Positions 27,201 to 38,408 of a stretch of 64,000 bases of DNA are shown here, piece by piece. The first letter of the stretch is position 1. Every line of letters begins with the position of its first letter. Both the position numbers and the translations under genes were made by a program. Under the pieces are notes generated by a model. It worked only from the letters and a program-made list of their open reading frames with translations, was not told where the DNA came from and searched no databases. This stretch comes from Hormiphora californensis (Eukaryota > Animalia > Ctenophora). The DNA lies in the NCBI GenBank assembly GCA_020137815.1, contig CM035351.1, forward strand, positions 4,588,001 to 4,652,000, given 5' to 3'.

Positions 27201-28135
27201 AGCCTGGGAAATGGAAATGGCAGTCTGCCGCCTCTAACAGTTCGGGTAGCACGGCAAGAAATGAATTCTAGCGGGCAATAGTTGTTGAACAAATGATCTC
27301 GTTGACATGTTCCTTGTCTGTCAGCTCTCACACCGGGCCCGGTGCGAGCTCTCACACCGGGCCCGGTGCGAGCTTACGCTTAAATGCCGATAGACAGACT
27401 GCGTAGCATGGCAATGATCTCGTGGATACATGTTGTGAGAACCCTTTGTCTGAGAGGCAGGGATAGAACTCAAATCCAGTCCACTCAGAGTCAGATTAAA
27501 ACAAACAGCACATTTTCTATTGAAAATTAAAAGTATTATCATTTACAACCACCCTTCCTCCCACCCAGTGGTTTGACTTTGGTTCACTACAATGCCTGCT
27601 ATTGCGTAGAGAGGATCATCCAGAAAGTCCTGCCAAAGGTTTCCTGTGCCTTCCGGACTGCTGGCATGTCACCTACTCATATTGTGAAACGGTGGCTAAC
27701 CGCCTGTTTCGTCAACATTCTCAGTTGGAGCGAAATATGTAACTTTGTACTTTTGGTAAGTGTGTGATGCAAGATGTTTACTAGTAGAGTTGAACTTTTT
27801 TTACTTGGCAACACGTGAATTCTGTTTTAAAACTGATTCTACCCAAATTAACCGACAGCCAAAATAATGTTTGTCAGGTCTTTTTAGAATTCTAACCACT
27901 TCCCTTTCAGAGCGTATCAGAAGGATCCGTTTACACTATTCTATACTGTGTGGCGGTGCTAAAACATCTAGAACCTCGTCTACTGAAGCACTCAACCCAC
28001 CACACCCTTCTATACGATCTTCTAGAGGGACCTGTGACAGGGTTCACCCTTCACCAATATCTGGACTATATCTTGGGACTAGAGAAAGAGTTTGGGAAAA
28101 TGTTGAGGGATGAGCTGAGCTGTTTAGAAATCTAA
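21293..28135 (+). CDS. TBC1D32: Protein broad-minded (TBC1D32), C-terminal half; exons ~21293-21628, 21755-21887, 22066-22292, 22429-22553, 22977-23163, 23377-23567, 23984-24155, ~27569-27755, 27911-28135
   Basis: QVSKTQKFGYG; LERCGFLSQLSQHLWTLLE; IVVDESTIERNQILVR; GGATEKVIPPR; FDWFIGVIYLL...TSGYIW; CYCVERII...SCAFRTAGMSP; AVLKHLE. These match my recollection of the BROMI C-terminal region in order. Confidence 0.85.
22877..22986 (+). repeat. Triplicated 3' splice site (cag|AACGAGATCA) of a TBC1D32 exon
   Basis: cagAACGAGATCA at ~22889, 22933 and 22974; the last runs into NEIKLSAALL. Confidence 0.85.
23731..24002 (+). repeat. ~40-bp tandem array of 7 acceptor copies (ctgtcag|GTGACCAAACTAAGTTTGA)
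   Basis: Seven units counted; only the last continues as DQTKFDWFIG. Confidence 0.92.
25054..25209. mobile_element. MITE, same family as 5405-5575 (also 45168-45251 and a left end at 62827)
   Basis: (C/T)AGTCGGACCCCGATTT...GGGGTCCGACTG flanked by TA. Confidence 0.88.
25259..26263 (+). CDS. Intronless rhodopsin-class GPCR nested in a TBC1D32 intron (same strand)
   Basis: Seven hydrophobic segments; GIAGNGLVI, NLALAD, WVLGPVYC, AYR (DRY position), SWVP, NPVLY. Confidence 0.92.
   Translation: MNESEIYLPTTVSIPLSVYNFIATFFGIAGNGLVIYSSIRYDAVQLDEVSVEFVRNLALADMMFVICYTLPYFITLSVRRWVLGPVYCFIQAIVVYIPWAVNLLTVLAISAYRLKMIISPFHHISLRACRLVIALIWMLSFSSFVFIMFNGRGVFVPSLGACVVGFQRDFSQQSDYIDFLLHVLFHFTPFAGVLSINMVLLGIAIKKNNSGINYKALCVILSLSGLFMLSWVPFLVFNLFELIKLLLLKSPYISESWLLVVFNTQCLNSFGNPVLYTLTNRRFKRYVRGLLYGMFTSGRRNRQIAHRTGNRGDNLPARSRVRANNAVMQQSSRV
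26793..26876. repeat. 84-bp hairpin (33-bp arms)
   Basis: GGATGTAGTGGTCTAATGCCCTACATGCCGACG / CGTCGGCATTTAGGGTATTAGACCACTAAATCC. Confidence 0.8.
27123..27194 (-). mobile_element. Mini-element with two direct GTCAG-GCCAATGCT-CTGAC sites (other copies 22563-22618, 34299-34366, 51769-51842, 55062-55168; solo site 5078-5100)
   Basis: Same structure at five loci plus a solo site, read directly. Confidence 0.8.
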
Positions 28136-28983
28136 GAGAGAGAGAGAGAGATAGAGCTGTAAATGATACCGAGGAATACTTTTTATACAATTTTTATGTC
28201 TATTTTAAGTTATTTTATTCAGCAGAAGTATTGTATTTGTTTTTGTAAATATGTAAACATGTGGTAATGAAGTTAGCTAGTTTTCGGTATGAATGAGATC
28301 GGGAAATGAGTGTTTTTGAGCTGCCTGGCCGCGCCGACCCGATCTGAGCCCGCTGTTGTTGGGGTTGAGAGTCAAAACAGGATACGGGTCTGGCGCCACT
28401 AGAAAGTTGAGTGTATCTACAAGAGAACGTTATCTAATCTTCAGCCAGAATATAAATTGTTATTTATGTCCATAGTTTATATTCATATCCATATATCCCT
28501 AGTTTATATTCAATGCGTGGGTTTGTGGAAATTACATTGTCCACAAACCCATGCTGCCTGTTTCTATTTCGTTTGGTTGGATTTTCGGTGCTAATATTAT
28601 GAGGCTACATAAATATACTGCTATCTTGCGCAACCCTGCCTTGCTCGACCCTGTCCCAGGGTTTGAACAAAACAAGTGCAACCCTCTGAGAGCAAAAAAA
28701 GGGGCCGGTACATTAGGGATTTACCATGTATGAGGTCTAATATGGTACATAGTTGGTTATTGTCCAACAACAACAACTAGTGAAGATTCACTGAAGAACA
28801 TATAAAGTTGAGAGACTCGAGCCTCTATCAATATGCTATAGCATATTGATAGTGCAGTTAACTGCTGCATTTCTTTATCATTAGAACATCTGGCTACCCC
28901 CATGATAGTGTCATATTTGGTCATTTTGGCTGTGTAGCGAACACGGCCACATGTTGTGAAGTTCCCAACCATGTTATCAGCTT

Positions 28984-31327
28984 GGTGACATAGACACCGT
29001 GCGCGACCAAGATTGAGCTCACACACAGGTGTCTGCTCCGCCTCAAAAAGGGTCGTTTCTTTCAAGGGATGTTGCACGCGATCCACTGGACCGATTTGCA
29101 TCCGGTTTGTCGCAAAAGACTACAAATGATCCTAATATAGGGTATACCGGGGTAATTTGGACGGTGGGGCAATGTGGTCACAGGACGGGGCAATGTGGAC
29201 TAGTGATTTATATGGGACTTTTAAATTGTGGTGTTTAGTGTGAAATAACGAAAAATGACGACTTTAAAGTTTAACTTTATTTCGGTAAACTTAATTATGA
29301 TAATTATTTAAATTATGGGTCAGAATTGCACAATATGATATTTTTCTATCCAGTTTCATCATCAAAATGACATTAGCTTTCGATTTAATTAGCTAATTGG
29401 CATTTTAATGAAGCGGGGCAATTCGGACAATTTGGGGCAATTCGGACGAAAAAATCGGGGGCAATTCGGTCATAAACCAGATTGCCCCATGGGGCAATTT
29501 GGACTAGACCAAATTGCCCCATGGGGCAAATTGGTTAAGACAAATTGGCCTCATGGCGCCATTATACTCGTTTCTATGGAAACCATAGACAACCTACTTT
29601 CATAAGTATCCTATTCAATCAATATAGATGGCTAAAACTGAGTAAATATACCAAAAAAAAATAGAAGAAAGGCGCATTTTACACCCAATTCTCTGCTTGC
29701 CAAGGTGACAAGTCAATCCATGGTGTGGTATTCGACAAACCAACTTAATGGGGTGCTCCAGAATATCTAGGACTGGTGCTTTGATAACCAAAAGTAGTGT
29801 TTTATCATGATAATCATCCTTATACAGCTGATAAAACTGAATAAAGGGATAAATTACAGGCTAACTTAGAGCAATAGGCATACATTTGATAACCAAAGCC
29901 ACTGATTGGCTTGCCATGGCTGGTAACTGAGGGCAGTCTGATGTCTCATTGTGATTCACAATCATGTTTAAACAATCGATAGTCTAATAATACGGATGTA
30001 TTGGGTGAATTTGGAGCAAGAAAATAGTACATTACTGCAAATTCGCCGGTTGCTATGGTAACAAACTCCGTTGCTATAGCAACCCCAGGGAATTGCATTG
30101 AGTGGGAATCGGCCATGAACATGATTTATTAGACTGGATCCCCATAATAGATATTTCTGGCCTTGTAAGCACCTGAAAACACAGACACCATTCCTTTGAA
30201 AAACGTAGCTTTATTTGTGGCTTTTTGATCTTTGATGTCGATTTTCTCAAAAACCCTATTCGGGATTAGATTAAATCTTTTTTAATCGACTAGGCTAATC
30301 CTGAGCTTTCGAAAATGCACCCTGTTGATATAGATTTGATGAACACTTGATTTTTTGGTTAATTAGGCTAATTACTACCTAATTAACTAATTTTGAAAAA
30401 AGGAATAGCACGGGATACTAAGTTACTAGATGACTGAAAAGTTTGAAATCGATATCTCAAAAACTGTGGCTACAATCTAAGTTTGTCCGAATAGCCCCAA
30501 CCTCGGTCTGATTTACATCGCAGATTTACAGCTGGGGCAATGTGGTGTGTCGCGGTCACGTGATTGAATGCGCGCATTGTGATTGGTGTAGAAGCCACTA
30601 GTCCAAATTGCCCCGTGTCTCGCGATCGAAAATATTCCGACTTACCTTCATTAACAAGGTTAATTAGCTATCTAAAAGTTATGCTTTCGGTGTAGATTTG
30701 TTCTGAGGCTCTAGATAAAGGTTCAGTTGCACAAATTGAGTAGCTAACTAATTGATTAAGTAAATTAATGGCTCTTGAAATACCAATTGAATGCCAAAAC
30801 CGTCCAAATTACCCCGGTATACCCTACTGGAAAATACCCGAGAAGTTTGTCTGTCAACAGGAAGTGTGTCAAAATTGACACTGACGTCAAACCTATAATC
30901 TGGCTTCCGAGAGTTTCTGCACTACGCCCATGCGATTTAGAAGATATTGGGAGATATGTTGATGCAATTAGCATCAGCTATTAATGCCGGGTATTTTCCA
31001 GTACTCACAAGTCACAAGAGTTCAACCTATCTTCTGATACCCTCAGATTCATTCTACACCGTCTGGGAGTGGTGCAAAAAGGCTCGGAAGCCAGATTATA
31101 GATTTGACTTCAGTGTCAATTTTGACCCACTACCTGTTGACAGACAAACTTCTCGGGTATTTTCCAGTAAACTAGGACCAATTTGTAGTCTTTTGCGACA
31201 AACCGGATGCAAATCGGTCCAGTGGATCACGTGCAATTTGGCTTGAAAGACACGACCCTTTTTTAGGGGGCGGAGCGGACACCTATGTGCGAGCTCGATC
31301 TCGCACGCACTAGGTGTCAATGTTAGC
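28984..31327. mobile_element. Non-autonomous element with long imperfect TIRs, split by a nested TIR element; mini-derivative at 46653-46710
   Basis: 28984-29120 is inverted-homologous to 31190-31327 (e.g. AAAAAGGGTCGTTTCTTTCAAG, GATCCACTGGACCGATTTGCATCCGGTTTGTCGCAAAAGACTACAAAT). Confidence 0.75.
29140..30824. mobile_element. 1.7-kb non-autonomous TIR element with TA flanks
   Basis: ta-GGGTATACCGGGGTAATTTGGACGGT...ACCGTCCAAATTACCCCGGTATACCC-ta; internal GGGGCAAT(T/G)TGG subterminal repeats. Confidence 0.85.
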
Positions 31328-31534
31328 TCGCTAACTTTGTTAGTTGAGATCTGCATTATGCAGTGCATGTATAATATAACATGCCTATAATAGGCCTCAA
31401 ACAAATCGAATTGCCGGAAGGCCTTTGCCTAAAACGGGAAACGATCAGCTAACTGTAATCGGAAATTTACTTTTCATTTATATCCCATAATTATGTGTTT
31501 AATTATAAACAATCAAATCATCGCTATTTCCCTC

Positions 31535-32089
31535 TTGGCCACATTGATGCCTGAGTGAGATCGAGGTCGCGCAGCGACCGAGATCGATCTCACATCTAGG
31601 CCTCCGGCGCGTTATTGATTTTAGAGCAAACTTTTTCAAAGACCTGGCTGCAAGGAACTACTGAACCGATTTGCATCTCGTTTGTTGCTCCTGGCAGATA
31701 ATTGTCTCTAGTTTTACGGAAAATACCCGCGAATATCAGCATTTGAGGAATAGTGGGTCAAAATTGACGCTAAACATGAGCAATTCTTTAAAGACCTGGC
31801 TGCAAGCTCCTACTCGGTCCTGGGACAATCTGCGGGTACTGTGTGAATCGTCATGGCCTTGTGAGTATGGGAAAATGCCCGCCGATACATCAAAGTGCCA
31901 ATTGAGGCGGTAATTGGGGTTTTGGTAGTGCTATGTCGGCTAAAAATGCCTGCTAAAACAGTATATCGCGCGCGATTTGATAGTCCCACTGCTGAAAACG
32001 TGCTTTACATCGCGCGCACGTGAGTTCTTGCTGTCCACAGGCCGGGAGCCTATTCTCCGCGGAGCGAGAATAGGTTGCAATGGAGCCAA
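31535..32089 (+). mobile_element. MITE with imperfect TTGGC..CATTG TIRs; inverted copy at 36390-36916; internally deleted copies at 36151-36206 and 47657-47743
   Basis: TTGGCCACATTGATGCCTGAGTGAG...AGGTTGCAATGGAGCCAA; the 36390-36916 copy is its reverse complement along the full length. Confidence 0.85.
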
Positions 32090-32463
32090 ATTTCCCTCTT
32101 AGTCGTTGGCCCCTAATTTGCCAATTCTGCAATCAAACTCAATTTACACAATATCAGTGTCCCCTCGCAGTGCTATGGACAAATGTGCGAGATATGCAAA
32201 GTGTCCCTTAATTGTAACAAACTCCGACACTTCAATTTAGGGCACCATTCTCCAGCTATATCCGCAAGGTTTTTCAGAGCGACTTGATACCATTTGGAAT
32301 GTCCAAGTTGTGTTATATTATCGTCTTGACCTTTCTCCCTTACTTCCAGGGACCAGGCCAGTAGTCTTTTCTTCGTTGGAGCAGCTCCGAGTAGGCGTGC
32401 TCGATACTGAAATTAGTGGTTTTCTTGTTAAAATTATACTTGAGAGAAGAGAGGAGAGAGGAG

Positions 32464-32555
<92 letters not shown>

Positions 32556-32592
32556 AGAGATCTCCTCTCGCGCCTCTCTCATCTCTCCGCTA

Positions 32593-32639
<47 letters not shown>

Positions 32640-33357
32640 CTCTCCTACTCTCTCTCTATCTCTCTAGTCTCTACCTGCTATCCTCTCTATCTCTCCTAGA
32701 AAATAATTTCGATATCAAGCAGCAAATGATTCCGTAGAAACAGGCTCACAATTATACCAAGAGTACTGTGTATCAAGAGCCGGATTAATAGAAGGATCTC
32801 CATCATGAGAAGTCATGTCAGGCAAGAGACTGAGAGAGACCCAATATCATCACCAACAAGAGACAACACAATATATCGAGGGTATGCTACTGCGGCAGTA
32901 CCTGGGTAATTTTCTGGACATCCTCTGAACCTTGAGGAACCCCGACATATTCGGCGTCAGTGGTTTTGTTTTCCCATGATGTCCGCTACCGTTACTTCCT
33001 TTCTGACCTGAAACATATAAGATAATTACGGCAATGGAAATGTAATTATGTAATGTATGAACTGTACTCTTATAAGACATGTCATTAGGCAATTATACTA
33101 GAGTTTTCTTGGGCTGGTATATTGAAGTGAGAATGAGATCAGAGTCTCACATTGTTGAGTAACACTCTTCCCCCTTACTCAACAAGTCTCACATGTAATG
33201 GGAGTCTCGTTATACCTTGGACCTAACTCAGTACACGTGGGTGCAATATTATATGTGGAGCTGCCATTATTTAACTCTTTACTTTATTCCTGTAAATGTT
33301 GTTTCTCTGAACGTTCAATGAATCAATTATATGCCTCTGAGTCTATTCTTCTCTGTC

Positions 33358-34298
33358 TAGTAGGGTCGGTTGTGGGAAGTTGGGTCTGGAATTTTAAATT
33401 TGACTTGCTGATATGATTAGGGACTCTATAAAAAGTCCAAAGTACCATCCCACAGGTCTCTACCACCCCCGGTTCACTAATTAGCCGTAATTATGTGATT
33501 TATGACGTTATCGCCAATTAGCACTAATAATACCAGTTCCTGGTCACTTAGAGCTTAGATTTTGATACCAGCTGATAGAGGATCACTAGATTAGTGGGCA
33601 TTCAAAATTTTAGGTCGATCGGAGTTATGGTCAAGGAGTTATAACCGTTTTTCCGTTTGGCTGGCGGTTGGCTGGCACCACGTGGGATTACGGGTTTAGG
33701 TCGTCGTGGGAGGTCGTCATTGGTCGCGTTCGATCGGGCTCGATGAGGTGATCAAAACCTAGTGGGGCCAGACCTTGGCCCCACCCCGTTCTTGGGTTAT
33801 TGGGCTTTTTCGGTTTCCCGCCAAAATATTTTCCCGCCAAAACCGAAAAAGCCTAATAACCCAAGAACGGGGTGGGGCCAAGGTCTGGCCCCACTAGGTT
33901 TTGATCACCTCATCGAGCCCGATCGAACGCGACCAATGACGACCTCCCACGACGACCTAAACCCGTAATCCCACGTGGTGCCAGCCAACCGCCAGCCAAA
34001 CGGAAAAACGGTTATAACTCCTCGACCATAACTCCGATCGACCTAAAATTTTGAATGCCCACTAATCTAATGATCCTCTATCAGCTGGTATCAAAATCTA
34101 AGCTCTAAGTGACCAGGAACTGGTATTATTAGTGCTAATTGGCGATAACGTCATAAATCACATAATTACGGCTAATTAGTGAACCGGGGGTGGTAGAGAC
34201 CTGCGGGATGGTGCTTTGGACTTTTTATAGAGTCCCTAATCATATCAGAAAGTCAAATTTAAAATTTCAGACCCAACTTCCCACAACCGACCCTACTA
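33358..34298. mobile_element. Foldback palindrome, ~455-bp arms
   Basis: TAGTAGGGTCGGTTGTGGGAAG...CTTCCCACAACCGACCCTACTA, centre ~33815-33840, few mismatches. Confidence 0.88.
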
Positions 34299-34658
34299 TG
34301 TCAGGCCAATGCTCTGACCACAGTTCTCACGCGCTCCGAGAATAGGTCAGGCCAATTCTCTGACAGATTCTTCTGGGATCCCGTGCAGAACACCAAAGCA
34401 CTGTGTGGGATTACGAAAGTTTGTGGTTTGTTAAAGACGCAGACTTCGATTTCGAATAATGCCTACTTTTTGTTGGTCTTTAAACGGCTCTTATCTACTG
34501 CAGCCAATTGACTAAATAATTAAAGCAGTAGTTTCTTTATTCGTTAAAATTGAAAAGATTGAAAAGTTCACTAGACACATTTTTGAAATCAACCACAAAA
34601 TTTTCAAACAGAAATATTGTTTCTTTTTCCAACATTTTCTCTATACCATTCTATTGCA

Positions 34659-35615
34659 TTAAATAAGGGGGTAAAGGGCCATCGATGCGATTCCGCACAT
34701 ATTCTGTTTGTTCCTCGCGATCCTCAGATACCCCTGCTCACCCCAGACGGGTCCCCAGCTATTCTTCACAATCCAATAATCCTTACCCTTCTCAGTTCCA
34801 TAACCCACAACCAGTACACCATGATCAATCCTGGATGTCATACACATTGGGTCAGAGTAGATTCCCTCTTTGTAAAACATCATACTCCTCTCACCAGCAT
34901 CAATCCCCACACTAACAGGTCCAATGTTGCCTACTGCAGCCATCAGTTCAGCTTCCTTGTACTTCCTAATCTTGGCCCAGGACACAACCTTCACCACACC
35001 CGCAGCACCCGATTTACAGGAACCCTCCTGTCCTGTATAGGGGTAACTCTTCTCGGTGGCCAGACCGGTGGTTTTCAGGAAGTTGAAAACATCCTCCACC
35101 ATACCTCCATTACATCCCCCGGTTGTAGGACAACAGTCCACTATCTGCTGTTCAGACAATGACGTCACTTTGCCCTTCTTCTGAGCGAGTTGACCCTCGA
35201 TGGCACCAACAGCTGCAAAGGCGTAGCAAGATCCACAGTCACCCTGATTCTTCACCTCCGAGACAGCTCCATTTTTCCTCCAATCCCGGGCTGCAGGGGC
35301 TCCCTTACCAGACAGGTCCACCTCAACAGCATCATCAGCGGCAGCACGCAGAGAGGAACGGGTTCTCAGCTTGTCCTTGAATTCATTGTGAGTCATGTCC
35401 GCAAATTGGTTCACCTCTAGAGTGATCCCAGTGTCGAGGGAGTTGTACCAGGCCACATAGGCTGCGTTATCTCTCCAGATAGTTTCCCGGAGCTTGTACT
35501 CTTCAGGGCTAGAGTAGGCCGACCCTTGGAGACCTTTGTACTTGAGTTGCCATTCGGCAAAGTTGCTGGTGGTAGTCACAAGAATGAGTGTTGAAAGGAC
35601 AGCAAGGTGTATCAT
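34659..35615 (-). CDS. Cathepsin L-like papain-family (C1A) cysteine protease, intronless
   Basis: Signal peptide; I29 propeptide (ERFNIN-like, VNQFADMT); KNQGDCGSCYAF; DHGV; YWIVKNSWG. Confidence 0.95.
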   Translation of the reverse strand: MIHLAVLSTLILVTTTSNFAEWQLKYKGLQGSAYSSPEEYKLRETIWRDNAAYVAWYNSLDTGITLEVNQFADMTHNEFKDKLRTRSSLRAAADDAVEVDLSGKGAPAARDWRKNGAVSEVKNQGDCGSCYAFAAVGAIEGQLAQKKGKVTSLSEQQIVDCCPTTGGCNGGMVEDVFNFLKTTGLATEKSYPYTGQEGSCKSGAAGVVKVVSWAKIRKYKEAELMAAVGNIGPVSVGIDAGERSMMFYKEGIYSDPMCMTSRIDHGVLVVGYGTEKGKDYWIVKNSWGPVWGEQGYLRIARNKQNMCGIASMALYPLI

Positions 35616-36005
35616 ATTGAAAGAGAAGTGGGGGTAGATAAGATTCTCCTCACGAGGGTTTTATAACTCGTGTTATACACAGTAGTGACAATTGAATCTA
35701 GCCCCCGGTAACGTGTCAAATGACGAGACACAATGGCCACTAAAATGTCGGTCCCCATTGACAATACCTGGATTTAATTTTCCGAGCAGCTGCTGTGCAC
35801 TAGTACTGCTAAATCATTCAAGTTCAAATCGAATATGTGTCAATACGGCATACTGATTCATGAATAGTATGAACCAAGTGACACCACGGTGTGGTGAACA
35901 GTTACGGTGTCTGCATAAGTGTTCACCTGGTAAGATCTAATGACATCGGTAGTCCGTTTATGTCAAGTCCTGCATGATCTAACTAAACCGTTGCTTTACA
36001 GTAAA

Positions 36006-36090
36006 GTATTATCATTAGCTGAATCGATCAAAACTAAAAGTAAAGTTTACTTTTAGTTTTGACTTGGATCGATTCAGCTAATGATAATAC
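36006..36090. repeat. 85-bp AT-rich hairpin upstream of the cathepsin gene
   Basis: GTATTATCATTAGCTGAATCGATC...GATCGATTCAGCTAATGATAATAC. Confidence 0.8.
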
Positions 36091-36207
36091 CGATGAATAT
36101 AGACATTAGATGCTTCTCATTAGATGCTGATGATGAGACAAGTTGAGTATTTGGCTCCAATGCAACCTGCGCGACCTCGACCTCACTCAGGCATCAATGT
36201 GGCCAAG

Positions 36208-36389
36208 GTACGGGTCTGGCGCCACTAGAAAGTTGAGTGTATCTACAAGAGAGCTTTATCTACCTAATCTTCAGCCAGAATATAAATTGTTATTAATGTT
36301 ATTAATGTCCATAGTTTATATTCATATCCATATATTCCTAGTTTATATTCAATGCGTGGGTTTGTGGAAATTACATTGTCCACAAACCC
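36208..36389. repeat. ~170-bp dispersed repeat, second copy at 28383-28550
   Basis: TACGGGTCTGGCGCCACTAGAAAGTTGAG...ACATTGTCCACAAACCC at both loci. Confidence 0.85.
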
Positions 36390-37567
36390 TTGGCTCCAAT
36401 GCAACCTATTCTCGCTCCGCGAAGAATAGGCTCCCGGCCCGTGGACAGCAAGAACTCACGTGCGCGCGATGTAAAGCACGTTTTTCAGCAAATCCCGCGC
36501 GACAGACTGTTTTGGGAGACCTTTTTAGCTGACCTAGCACTACTCAAACGTCAATTACCGCCTCATTTCGCATCGTGATGAATCGGCGGGTATTTTCCCA
36601 TGCTCACAGGGCCATGACGATTCTCCCAGTACCCGCAGATTGTCCCAGGACCGAGTAGGAGCTTGCAGCCAGGTCTTTAAAGAATTGCCCATGTTTAGAG
36701 TCAATTTTGACCCACTATTCCTCAAATGCTGATACTCGCGGGTATTTTCCGTAAAACTAGAGACAATTACCTGCCAGGAGCAACAAACGAGATGTAAATC
36801 GGTTCAGTAGTTCCTTGCAGCCAGGTCTTTGAAAAAGTTTGCTCTAAAATCAATAACGGGCCGGAGGCCTAGATGTGAGATCGATCTCGATCTCACTCAG
36901 GCATCAATGTGGCCAAGTTGAGTATGACATCAGTGACGACAGTGACATATTTTTGACATGACATCCCTCTCTTTTCTTTGGTTACGAAGTCACCCCTAAT
37001 TTTATTGCTTGCGCAGTGGGGTGATTTCATTACCAACTCTTTTCTGAGCCTTCAGATACAATATGCTATTCTCTCAGCTCCCGTCGTATACTAGAGTTGT
37101 TAATGCTATTCATAAACTAAGACTATGATCCTCTGTTATGTAAAACTATCCTCTGTTATGTAAAACTTACCATTAGCCGTGTTTTGTATTCTTGGTAAGA
37201 GGACTCTCGTCTTGGGGGACACTGAAAATGAGAATAATATCAAACACTTCTTGTAATTACATAATTACTAGATAATCGATCCCCTCCCCCCTAACCGAAT
37301 TCTGTAATTTTGTAGTCATATTGCCACCTCTGATTATATCAGAGATGGTCTGGTGGAAAGAAAATCAGTGAGCATTGTTGAGAGGTGTTAGTCCGAGCTT
37401 GAGCTAATTTGGAAATTTAGAGAGGGCCTAAGACCATGAATAAACAGCTGCAACATGGGGCGATCCTTAAAATGAAGTTGGCCATTCTTGAACTTGTGTC
37501 TTGAAATGCCCTAAATTTCCGCTCGAGGGTTTATTACTGAGATGAAACTTTTAAGAGATGAAAGGTT

Positions 37568-37665
37568 CAGGAACCGTAAACAACCAATCAGAACTCGTTA
37601 TTCAGGTCACGTGACTGGTTATCAGCCAATCAGGGACCAGTATTTCCTGATTCGGTCGGTTCCTG
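37568..37665. mobile_element. Small MITE-like element (TIR CAGGAACCG)
   Basis: CAGGAACCG...CGGTTCCTG enclosing two CCAATCAG boxes and GTCACGTGAC. Confidence 0.55.
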
Positions 37666-38408
37666 GAAAGGTTGGAGATATATGATCTGCCCAAAATATG
37701 ATATACTGAAGCAACAGAACGTCATGCTAGGTGTTGCAGAGTTACTAGAGAGTGGTAGTGAAATAGTAAATTTTATTGACCAGGAAAATTCAATTTAATC
37801 AGATCTTTCCTAGCTGTAATACAGGCAGTTCCAGTCAATATCTTTCCAAACACGCCTTGATAACACATGCCTCGTATCTAGAGATACCTTGCTTTTCGTT
37901 TTTTTTCAGGGAGAGGGAGAGAGAATGATAGAATTTAGAAACCGAGAGAGCTAGTTAGAGAAAAAGAGAGATCTGAGACAAAATAATGAAAGTGGCAGAC
38001 TGAAAGGTTACAAGGATCCACCTGGATAAAAAGATTGATAAAGAGGGGAGGGCGCCGTTACTGAGTAAGGGCGCAGGGTAGTGTCAACTGCGAGACTATT
38101 TCGTTACTCCACAGTCCACTTTTCGACACATATATGTTAATTGTTCAATGGCCCAACTATTGACACGGTCCTATAATTTCCATGATATTGACACGTTCCA
38201 TGATATTGTATCACAACTTCCAAGTTCAACAAACATCTTCTTTTATATGTTGTATTACTAGTCGTCACTCGTCACTCTCTTCCAAAGTTCACTGTTCTAA
38301 CCTTGCTTTGTTGATATTACACCATTGAATGTTCAATGTTATACTTTTGTTCATGAACACCTCTTAGTGCACTAAAACTACTTTTCACCCTGCAGGTATA
38401 TCAGATAT

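Noticed and set aside
26280-27500. Extra antisense gene in the TBC1D32 intron
   Set aside because: Some donor- and acceptor-like sites, but no consistent frame or recognisable homology.
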